Shown: positions 11,905-22,730 of the stretch, in pieces
Layout: each line of letters starts with the position of its first letter
Numbering within the stretch: position 1 is the stretch's first letter
From: Marsupella aquatica
Taxonomy: Eukaryota > Plantae > Marchantiophyta
Direction: 5' to 3'
DNA length: 64,000 bases
Assembly: GCA_973895155.1 (NCBI GenBank)
Contig: OZ316892.1
Location: 3,227,223 to 3,291,222, forward strand
The notes under the pieces: model-generated
What the model was told of the DNA's origin: nothing
What the model saw: the letters and a program-made list of their open reading frames with translations, nothing else
Database searches by the model: none
Made by a program: the position numbers and the translations under genes

Positions 11905-13191
11905 GTGTTCACATCCATCCTTTCACTCTGGATGTTCATGTCAACCAATATCTTTTGATGCTCTTGAGCTTGCCTACTTTGTGGTCGATCAATGAAACAC
12001 GGAGTTTTAGTGACAGAGATTCGAGCCTTTCTTTTGAACCTTGCTGCCAAAGTCACCCGCTTGACCGTCCAGCTGGAGACTGTCATTGAACTACTGTTAT
12101 ACTGGTAGCCGGATTGGCCTCAGTGGGCGGTCTCGTGAAGCAAGCAGTTATTGTCTTGGCTGAGTCTCTGGATTGCCAAGTGCCTCTCCGTTCTCCGTTC
12201 TCCTTGCCTTCCTTCCCCCTGAAAGTCCTTCCAAATTGGAACACTTGTGGCTGTCGTCCTTCGGTAACTGGAAATAGTTTCGGCAAGTGGAAATAGAGAA
12301 AGCTCTCTCGAAATGAAAGTTTACCGGTGGGTCTTGCTGTCCTTCAAAAGTGCATCGTTGGCCTTTTTGGTAATCACAGTCTGAAGTTTTATCCTGAGAT
12401 CAGCTTTAACAGTACTACCAACCGATTGGAGTATATATCAAGCTGAACTTGAATTCTAGAAGAACGAAGCTTGTCCAAACTATCTTGCTCCCATAGGAAA
12501 GGGAGAAGCGTTCTGGCAGTCGACGTGATAGTTAAACGTGCAACGTCTAATCAGCGGGAAAACTTTGTCGTCAGATGGATTTTCAGAAATTCTCTGCCCT
12601 TATGAAACTCCATTCGCCTACTCAACTTTATCTCTTGTTATCTTTGTACTCACTCTCGGTTCCAAAAGATGCGACAGAGTGAAAAACACTATTTGTTTAG
12701 AGACCACTCGAACTTGTTTTATAATCCGTAAAGTACTCAAAGGTCGAATTCAATTTTCGTAGATCAATAACTTCCAAATTTTTCAATCTATGCTTCAAAC
12801 TTTTGCTCTCCTGACCGCTCCAAGAACTGCTCTCTTGGAGAACGGAGACTGTTGACCTTGCAATTCGGGAAATCAAGAGCTCTGGAAAGGCATAACATAT
12901 TCAATCAAATCAACTTCGCAGCTCGACAAACCAGATTGATCTGCTAAGGATCACTTGGCGGCAGCGAAAACATGGTGCAACGAAAGAAATGTGATGGAGG
13001 GAAAAAAAGACATGCCGAAAGTCTAGAAGCACTACGAAACTGCAGGGCCGGTGATTTCAATTCTAACCAAATGCCATTATAGTGTGCTTCGCGGTGCAGT
13101 GGTATCTCTTGAAAGCAAGCAGGTGATATGTTGTCCTTTCTCGATTGATCCATTGACTGCATCTCGCCCAGTTTCCTCGATAATACGACTC

Positions 13192-14028
13192 TCATAATTT
13201 TGCTACACTTTCTAGAATAATAGACTGCAAGCAACGTGGGAGAACACCAAAGCAAGCAACTTGGGAGAACACCGAAGCAAGCCCTTTGCAACGGATATTG
13301 CAGATATCATGGCACCACATCTTCCTCATCCCACCGCCTGCAATGCCCACGCCGCCATTACCGTAGCTAATGGAGCTGTGAAGCTGGTGGTCAGGGGTGA
13401 GCTCCGACTTCGTTCGCCCGACTAACATCCCTAGCTAGTACATCGATTTCTCTATGTTCCACCCCACAGCTCCGCAGCCAGGTTCGCGCTCATACGCATC
13501 AGTCCAGCTGTGGAGGCGTGGCAGAGCCAACGTTCAGTGCCTTACTCGGTTGTTTAACTAGCTTCGAAATGGGGAATAGTGCAATATCCGTGAGTTGCAT
13601 TTTGAAGCGCTGAACGGTCCACTATTGTGCGCCCCGAATGTGGTTGATGAGATAGTCAGAAGCAGGTCCAAAACTAGAGGAACAAAATATTGCCAATGTT
13701 TCCAGGAGTCTAAGGCTCTAGAGTGTCGGCGATTGTGATTTTGACGCAGCGTTCTGGGAACCCCCGTTTCAGGTCAGCCTCAACCTTTCCGAGCTTGGTG
13801 GAGCTGCGGCCGTGGATGACGACATTGAAGCCTTGTCGATAGAGCTCTTTCGCAAAGCCAAGTCCGATACCGCTGCTGCCGCCGGTCACGAGTGCCTAAG
13901 AGTCTCCTTGGCGTTTGTATCGGCTCAGGGTGCTCGCTCCAGCAAATCACAACAAATTGCAGGAGTTTGAGCCCTAAGTACCAGGCTTCGAACAAGCCTA
14001 ACGTGCACACGAATGTGCTATTTGACAT
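13192..14028 (-). pseudogene. Decayed short-chain dehydrogenase/reductase (KAR/17beta-HSD-like, fungal-type motifs)
   Basis: Stitching frames gives a hydrophobic N-terminus / STLSRYKRQGDS*ALVTGGSSGIGLGFAKELYRQGFNVVIHGRSSTKLGKVEADLKRGFPERCVKITIAD / DLLLTI-LINHIRG / QLTDIALFPI..PSKALNVGS / MSANLAAEL / EIDVL / SFTAPLATVMAAWALQAVG*GR / WCH..VLPRCLQSIILE. The Rossmann TGxxxGxG is at 13886-13863. There are several stops and frameshifts, and the YxxxK motif is missing. Confidence 0.82.
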
Positions 14029-16455
14029 TTAGAGAACGTAATCTAGTTATCGGCGATGGTTTCAGCACACCTGGTCTTTTGAGAAGACTTGGATTCTAGC
14101 TCCACCGGCCACTTAGGAGAATTGACGCAAGAATTTATCAGAAACTGACACAACAAATCGGATCCTCGCCAGACTCAGAGCTATCGTTTGCCAGAGTCTT
14201 GCCAGAGTCTGCTGATATGTCTCCCTCCTTTCTCTCTCCTTTGTCAGATTATTCTTTCGATGAAACATTGAAACTATTTGCTGTTCGTAATCCGGAATTA
14301 TGACCATGCAAATTGCTCTTTGACCACACAATTCTACCCATTCCGAGTCCATGCTGAAAAATGGAGAGCTCCTTTCGATCTTATTACCGAGCTTACTATT
14401 ACAGCTCCTGAAGTACAGGCTTCAACTTTCGAAGTTGGTTGACCTGTGGCCACTTCAATGCCTTCACCCTCTTCTACCGTCTCTACGGCATCATGCACTT
14501 CGGTGTGAAAAACTGAGGGCCCAGTTTCAACAATGGATATCGTGCTTTGTTCTTTTGTAATGTCTTCTACACCATCCAGAAAATGGTAACCTTACTTGTG
14601 CCTGACAACAATTCCTGCCTGTGGGCCTCTCGACGGACTCGAGACACAGCACGCTTCCCGATGAGAATCACATAATTGTGTGATGTGAAACGTCCAGGAA
14701 TGACTGACTGAGCAATGTCAATTGTAACAACACATAACGTATCCGACCAGTTTTGACAAATGGCTCAAAACATGGGTAGTTAAGTCACCAGCAACATCCT
14801 CAGCTAAAACATTCCTCATCGATGAACGTGGCATCTAGGAACCTTTTGAGACCCACCAGTTCTTCCAACAAATTCGCCATGCACATTAATATGCAACACG
14901 GAAATAATCATTCCCTTCGTGGATATGGTTAACAGTATCGACCTTCGTCTAAACAGAGGAGAACTAAAAGAGGAGGACAATGTTGTACGTTCTAAGAACT
15001 GAACGGCAACATATATCTAAAAACCTTTGCACAACTCAAATCAATCTCGTTGTGAAATAATTAGACAAAGACATATTGAGAGGGCAGTACGTACAGTCGT
15101 GCAGAATCATATCACACTCACATGATTTCAAATCAGATTAGAAAATTGAAAGAGATGATTGTGATCGTTATATAGAATAGTAAGTCACAAGAAGTACTTT
15201 CTTGCAGACAGTGTTGCAGCCAAACGAAAACTTGGTTCAAAGACATTTTATTCAGTGGTTGAGACGGTACAGTAATTTCAAGTAGAGTGAACGATTTCCA
15301 GGCCTTATTAAGTCCTACCAGTGGACATCGTCATCCATCGTCTACTTATTATGAATTAGAGGTACCTCGCAAGATTCATAATTACATGGGGCTACTGTGA
15401 GCCATCGCTACATCAGATAGCCATAAGAAACACAACACAGTAAGCACTTCTATATACATTTGTGACAGCTGTAGATTCTTAGCCCTTCGAACATAGGGGC
15501 CAGCGCATTATTTCTTCACTATATAGAACTGTGAGAATTGCACGTAGCTAGGTCACTCTTATAGCTGTGTGAGCTGAAACTCACTAGTCGCGTGGCACGA
15601 CCTGGAAACAAACAGAATGAACAAGTTCAGTTCTCAAGAGAGCATTGGTACTGATGGGAAGCCATCGTTGCTCCATCTCAGACTCCAACTTACTACAAAC
15701 GAACACTTTATCAATTTCTATATCAGCTCAATTCCAAGCCGAAATGTTTGATAGTCGAAAGACTGACTTTGATCCAAAGGAAACCCTTTCACCCGTTAGT
15801 TCTAAGCATGCAGATTGCTGCCTGACATAAGATCTAATGACTAATTATATAACCTAGAGGTACGTTCAGCGAATTTTCTGTGTACAATTGACCATATAAT
15901 TACCTGAGTGTGCAAATCAGAGTCTCAGATATTTACAAACCAGTGATGTCACCAAAATCTATACGGTTACTTTCCGTCTCCTGCGAGAACGAATTGAATT
16001 TCCATAACATATGGGGCAACATATCAGGTAATTAATATGCCTCAGCTAATAGAGGGGTTGGCTTGTGCTAGTGTATTGCATAGATGAGCCCTGAGAAAAT
16101 AAATCGAAGTTTAAAGTCATTTTCTAGACTAATTTAGATTACTGTACAGATCTCCCGTCGCGTTGTGACCCAGAAAATTCTACAGATTCAGAATCATATC
16201 AAATTAAATCACAAAGGCAATGGAACAATGGAGCGTTTTTACTCTCGGTTCTAGTGCTGTAAATGCTGTCCTGAATACACAGAGCCAGCGTTCTCATTAA
16301 CGTGTACACAACTACAAACGGTAACTCGAGCATGACTTTGAGCTACAGATCATTGGAAGTGTGCTGAAATACATTCTTGGTTAAAGTGAATGGAATACCC
16401 ATAGAACGGGCTTCAGAACCACACAGACCACTAATATGGTGCAATTCTTGCGAAA

Positions 16456-16941
16456 TCAATTGATTAACAAGAGCAAACTCAGCAGTAAGTGAGCTTCTGC
16501 GTAGTGAACAAATTCACTTACCTGGCTGGTACTCTTGCAGGAAGCACCCCAGTTTTCGAGACGATTCCACACTTGTTTCACAGGGTCATACAAGGTGAAG
16601 CCGTCTGGCGTCACCCTCCAGTCGTTGATGCTGGAGTCATACAGTGGTGCATTATCGATGTCCCAGACGGCGACGCATGCACTCTGCGCATTCCATTTGA
16701 AAGTACACCACCACAAAGTGGTTCCGCCAACGTTGGGCTTGAATCTCCAGCTCCAGACTTCGTTGTTCTGCATCGTGCGTGTGCCCAAGTCGTCGTTTCC
16801 GGACCCGCAGTGTGCTATGATAGGTCCGCCTGTGTAGTCTTGTATCCCGACCCCAGGCGTGCCAGTAATCGGGAAACAGTGGATCACATCTAGGCAGAGC
16901 AGGAGCATTACTCCCAGCACGGCTGCCTTCGGCAGATTCAT
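16456..16941 (-). CDS. Secreted S-protein homolog (SPH / self-incompatibility S1 family)
   Basis: A signal peptide is followed by SPH hallmarks: IIAHCGSGNDDLG, WSWRFKPNVGGTTLWWCTFKW, WRVTPDGF and a terminal W. A strong donor CAG|GTAAGT at 16522/16521 suggests the true C-terminus is spliced. A 5'UTR intron is predicted at 17049-16951. Confidence 0.85.
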   Translation of the reverse strand: MNLPKAAVLGVMLLLCLDVIHCFPITGTPGVGIQDYTGGPIIAHCGSGNDDLGTRTMQNNEVWSWRFKPNVGGTTLWWCTFKWNAQSACVAVWDIDNAPLYDSSINDWRVTPDGFTLYDPVKQVWNRLENWGASCKSTSQVSEFVHYAEAHLLLSLLLLIN

Positions 16942-19900
16942 CTTGAAAGCCTGTACTCAGTCACACACACGTTCACTGTAAGCACGCAAAGGGCACCTTA
17001 AATTATGAAAGGAAGCGAGCACTGTTAGCATTTTCTCAAACACAGTTACCTGGATCGATCAGGAGACGACTTCGACGTATCACTTGCAGAATGGGAGGAT
17101 GATTTAAGATTATAGCCAAGCAACGTACTAGCCGCATTCATTTTGTGGTGACTATTTGAATTTCAACAGTAGCACAACAGTGGCACTGCTACTTTTTACA
17201 ATCGCGCGAGAATTCGACCGAGCACGGGTTCTAAATGTCTCGTCCAATTCTTCGGAAGCCTTTTCACGCCAGGCAAAATAGAAACAAGTAGAGTTTGACT
17301 CATATAGACCCAGAGACCTACGGTAGCTTCATCATCCCAACCCTCGCTCGCCGTCTCAACAATCGCCGTCACCCTCCCGTGGCTCCCAATACAATAACTC
17401 TATACGTGACGGCTCCACATTTCTAACACCACGGTCGTCATAACAGCTCAACCCAGTTCCGGAGGAAGCGGGTCGAATTGAGGTTACAGATAGAATGTGA
17501 TGGGCGGATGCTGAATAACGAGGTGATGCGCATCAACTGATGACCCAAATCCATTTCATATTGCGCTCAGAATACTCTTTCGGGGCTCTGAATTCATGTA
17601 TTTCCTTCTGAGATTCTGGACGTTAATAGCTGGTACCGAGCACACACCATCACGGTGTACGACAAGTTATGATGAGATAGCAGAGTAGCCACCGCGTGGC
17701 AATGGACCCGAAGTTTTCGGCATCAGAACGGGGCAGGCGGAAATAAGGACGACACCATACGCGACGCACCGGCGTTGACGCTTCCAGTGGTATCATGATC
17801 TATGCTGTCCAAGTCGTAGAGTTACTACTCTAAACTAGAGCTCTGGCAAGCAAGTTCCAAAGACCTCGATCGATGGTCGTGGAAGTCCAATCAAACACTC
17901 CGTGCACTCGAGAATGGAGAGAAGTTAGGCAAATCCAGTCTATCGATAGACGGACAAACTGTAGAATTTACATGATCGTTCACCAACTAGCGAAAATGGG
18001 ATCAGAGCAAGCACGATCTAGCAGTGCAAGACGCTCAAACGAGCCAGCTATCCTGCTGCAAAGTCTAATTCGTCACAGAAAGGAATACCTGCATATAGAA
18101 GCCTGGTTGGCGAAAGGAGTATGAAGTTTCTTCAGGAATTGAACGAGAAAGGACAGAGACACCGCTTTGCAGAAAAAGGAGCAACAAAATGCATAGGCAA
18201 AGAGAAAGAAATCCATGAAGAACTAATCAAAAGCTATCTCACAAGTGGGTCACATTTAACAAACACCGTGGCCCCATACGACATCACGTTACGTCAAACA
18301 CAGACCCGTCGGGTCCGGAACGTAATCGGCCAAAAGACGAAAAGCTACCAAGACTCTAACCAACGAATGATCTACGTTCATAGTGGTAACGATGTGACTG
18401 CGCAAAACGAGACGTGAATGTTCTCAAGCTGGTTGAGATGGCCAACCAGTACGAACTCAACAACGTCACATGGTCACTCAGCTCGTTCTGACTCAACGAT
18501 ACGAGACGAACAAATGTTACAACCATCTCCACTTGTCGGTATCAATGGTAGTGTTGTCTACATGACAGAACAAACGCAAAATTACGTAAAGAGAAAGTCG
18601 ATCAGGAGACGGAACTTAAGAAAGATGGATCGAAAGCGAATCGTTCGGTCGTCATCCCAAGTTAGTCCTCCACAGTCTCTGCATATACACAATTCATCTA
18701 AACGACCGAATTCACGAAATTAAACGGAAGCAACGCGAAACGACGACGACGAACGAGAAGTAGTCGTTTCTGACTCCTGATGAAAATTTGATCGGCCGAT
18801 TGACTAGAATCTAATTCTGACCTCGACACGCAAACCTTTTCAATATCCAATTGTTGCCAAGGCCGTGTTAATTGAGAAACTTAACCTATCAAAAACCATT
18901 CAGCTATGCGGTCTACAGCAATGAAGCTCACTCCATCACCGTTGATAAACTGTCTAGCTTACCATTGCAGCTGGGTCGGAGCAGCTGTCACCGCAATCAC
19001 TCGATCAGTCAGCAGCAAGCTAGTGAGAACGAGAAATCCACAGAAATCGAAGCAGCCAAAACCGGAAGTCCTTCGATCGACTCGAGCAAGCTAGATGAGT
19101 GACTGTTCTACAGATACTCCACTGGCCTGCAGAATCTCTCTATTTATACTGTTTCCAGTGTCGAAACTCTTAGAGATTCAGTTCTCTCACAGTCATATCT
19201 TGTCAATCAGCTTTGGCTCAGACACAAAACCTAATTATAAAAAATTCTTTTTTTAATTTCTCGACAACTCACTCTCACTTTCTTAAGTCTGGAGATTCTC
19301 TCTATGTACCGTTTACACACTGAGAGGCTCAGCGCAACCTCAGGTCTGGGTTCCATGAATGTCCATATCTAGGTGTACTCTGTTGATTCAGACTTTTCGC
19401 CACATCTCCAATTCACTAGGAAAACTCTAGATGAGGAAAACCTCAGTCCCCGAGAGCCCCTTGGGGTCACCATGAGTATACTAGGGTGGAGGGTGTTGTA
19501 AGAGGGTTATCGTGAAATTTTGCCACAAGTCCAGATGTGTAAATAGGGACCAGTTCAAGCTTGGATATGTGGATTCTGTGGATAAGTGCCGGTCATAATC
19601 GGATAACCAGCACCCCTTTGTTCGGTCTAATATGACCACTTTTGGCGATAATTATCCATAGCAAAAGTGATAGTCCCTTTAATAGTTTCTTTGTGAATGC
19701 ACCAGATCTCTACCGTCACTAAACGACAAGATGCTTTGATTGATTTGCAACAATTACAAAGAGTACTCATGCACTAATCTAGTTAGCAAGGGTTTGTACA
19801 AAAGGTTTAATGGGGCATGAGGACTGTAGGGGGTGGAATCAACCTGAAAGAAAGTTCACATTGACATCAAAATTTTAGACTGCAATGCCAAACTCCAAAC

Positions 19901-20204
19901 TCCTAGTGATTGAGAGGGCAAGACGTTGAGCATGGAGGTCAGGCATAATCTTGGGGGACTCCCTATCTGGAGCCCCCTACATTACCTACCTTAAAAGGTG
20001 GACCTCACCCCAACACTCCTGCCCATCCCTTCATTCATAGTGGAAATGAGAGCTACAGGTATATGTGCAGCTGTGGTTGAAGGGTTTCCCGACCTGCAAG
20101 ACATTTGCTTACTCCATCTGTAGGAGGAATTGCCAAATATATAATGTAGGCAGGATTTGTGTGGAACTTAGAGGAGGGATATTTAATATTCCTACTAAAT
20201 TTTA

Positions 20205-20927
20205 CCAAAACCTGGCTTGCATGGGTGAGAGGGAAAATTGCCAGATCTAACAACCCTTTTGAAATCTAGAAAGATCTGGTTTCTATGACCAGGAGTATCT
20301 ATCTGCAGGGAAGGGAATTGAAGTGATGCTTGGATGGGCCAAACACTTTTTGACACCCAAAACAATGAGCATGTATAGAAAGGAAAGGTTCTTCCTAAGT
20401 GAAAAGTAATCTTTCAGAATGCTCTGTGCAGGTTGCAGTGGTCTATTCAAAGCACCTTACCAAACATGGTGGTCCATGGAGCTTCAGTTTTCTAGAGCAT
20501 AATACTTAACAAATACCCTGAGCAACAGTGAGTGGTCTCTCCCTTAGTCCTTTGACTTGCAGGTCGCCATCTCAAAGGATTTGTGTGTGACTTGGAAAAT
20601 TCCTACCAGGCAATTCACAAACTACTTGCTTGGGTGAGAGGGCAAATTGCCAAATCTAACGATCTGCTTTGTATCTAGGAAGATTTGAGGTCTGAATAAA
20701 TTTGATTTCTATGACCAGGAGTATCTTCAGGGAAGGTATTGAAGTTGATGCTTGGATGGACCACACTTTTGACACCCAATTAACTAGGCAGTGAGCATGT
20801 ATACAAAGGACAAGGTCTACCTAAATTAAAAGTAACCTTTCAGAGTGCTCCATGCAAGTTGCAGTGGTCTATTCAAAGCATCTTACCAAACATGGTGGTC
20901 CATGAAGCTTCAGTTTTGTAGAGCATG
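20205..20927. repeat. Diverged ~300-bp direct duplication
   Basis: tgggtgagaggg.aaattgcca.atctaac...ttctatgaccaggagtatct...gttgcagtggtctattcaaagca.cttaccaaacatggtggtccatg.agcttcagtttt.tagagcat occurs at ~20220-20500 and ~20630-20927. Confidence 0.85.
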
Positions 20928-21344
20928 ATGTGGAATTTTCAATAACTTCTAAACTTGATTAACAGAGAGCACTGATATGCTTAAATACAATTTGGAGAGG
21001 GTGCATGAGAGCACTAGTGGCAGAAATTGATCAACGTACTGGGCTAATTATGGTTACAGCAAACTAAGTAGAGCACAATCAGACTGCCCGAAGCGGATCT
21101 TTTAATTTGGGAGATTGGCAACCTATAACAAGGGGTCTGAGGTAGCCAGGTGCAACCACTACTGACAGCGAGACAAGGGGGCCATGAAGGGGGCCATGAA
21201 CGGACATATCTGAGGTATTTCCAACATATGAGTCACCACTCTACTACTGTCCAGTAATAACAGAGCCAAATTCCACCTGGTCCAAAAACCATTGCAACTG
21301 TTGGCCAAAATTCACCACAGTTTTGGAGTTTCATTAGCCAGGCT

Positions 21345-21530
21345 CCCACCAGGTCACAGGGCCTTTTAAGGGCCATCTAATGGCTCTCCTTAAATCTAGA
21401 GAGATGTACCCACCAACTCACAGGGCCTATATATTTGTCACAATCGAAGTGCTCTCTTTAAAACTAGAGAGATCTACCCACCAAGTCACAGGGCCTGCTA
21501 GCCACAATCTACTGGCTCTCCTTAAAAGAT
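21345..21530. repeat. ~67-bp tandem repeat (about 3 copies)
   Basis: Recurrent cccacca..tcacagggcc...gctctc.ttaaa.ctagagagat. Confidence 0.7.
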
Positions 21531-21815
21531 CTAATGGGCAAAACTAAATCTGCAAATTTAAATAAAGAACGGTCGTAGCATCTTCTCCTTGGCGAATACC
21601 ATTCCCACTCCTTGGCGAATTAAAGATAAACCTTAAGAAGTACCCTGACCGACAGCCAGCGGTCTTTTCCACAGTCCCTTAGTCGCCGGTCGCCATCTCC
21701 TTCACTTGCCAGTCACATCGTGAGCAGTTGGTTTGGTACACCTAGTCTAGTGTCTACACGAAAATCCGACACGACGATTCTCCTTCAGGTAAAATAAACT
21801 TGAATAATTTTAGTT

Positions 21816-22730
21816 GTATTGCTTCTCTTTCCACATTATCTTTGTTGAATCATTCACCTACACTATACGCTATATAAATACATGTCTCTAAAAACGATAA
21901 TGCAGCTACTGTGTAGGCTCTGAATTGTAGTAGTAGAAAAAATGACGGAGCAAGTACATCGAGGTCCTCTGTATTGCTTCTCTTTCCGCAGTATCTTTGT
22001 TAAATCATTCACATTAACTATAGAAATACATTGTCTCTAGACACTGTAATCCCAGTTTGACCTTGCCCGTCAAACTGGGCCAAAAACTCCGGCAAACCGA
22101 CAACCCGGCACCCGGGTTCGGGAGCAGTCCGGGCCGGGACAAGTTCGGGAGAGGTTTGGGCCGGGTTCAGGCCGAGTTCGGGAGAGGTCCGGGCCGGGGT
22201 CGGGGGGAGGAGAGCCGGTCCGGGGGTGCCGGGGGCGAGGGGTGGCGCTGGTCCGTGGGGGGTTCGGGGGAGCCGGTCCGGGTGTGGGGGGAGCCGGGTT
22301 CGGGAAAGGTCTGAGAAGTGTCCGGGGGGAGTCCGGGAATTGTTCGGGGGAGTCCGGGGGGAGGTCGGGAAGGGTCCGGGCCGAGTTTCGGGAGAGGTTC
22401 GGGCCAGGGTCAGGGGGGAGGGGGAGCTGGTCTGGGGGGGGGGAGCCGGGTTAGGGGGAGCCAGTTCGGGAGAGGTCCGGGAAGTGTCCGGGGGAGTCCG
22501 GGTATTGTCCAGGGGGGTCCGGGGGGAGTTTGGGAAGGGTCCGGGGGGGTCGGGGGGAGTTCGGGAGAATCTCGACGAATATGCGTCAAACTTTCGATTT
22601 TGACGGTTTTACGTGCCCGGCAAAGCATCAAGTTGCCCGTCAGGTTAAACCGATACTGTAATGCAAGTACTGTAGGCTCTGAATTGTAATAGAAGAAAAA
22701 GTGGCGCAGAAAGTACGTAGAGATACTCTG
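21816..22730. repeat. ~155-bp tandem duplication whose second copy is interrupted by an insertion
   Basis: gtattgcttctctttcc..tatctttgtt.aatcattcac..aaataca.tgtctcta..taatgca..tact..gtaggctctgaattgta. Copy 1 is at 21816-21970; copy 2 is 21971-22050 plus 22663-22730. Confidence 0.8.
22051..22654. mobile_element. Non-autonomous 604-bp G-rich element with 8-bp TSD and terminal hairpin (family unassigned)
   Basis: ACTGTAAT flanks both sides (22043-22050, 22655-22662). The left terminus is a perfect 11-bp stem, cccagtttgac-cttgccc-gtcaaactggg. The 10-mer ttgcccgtca occurs at both ends, and the interior is made of gggagaggtccggg-like G-runs. Confidence 0.78.
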
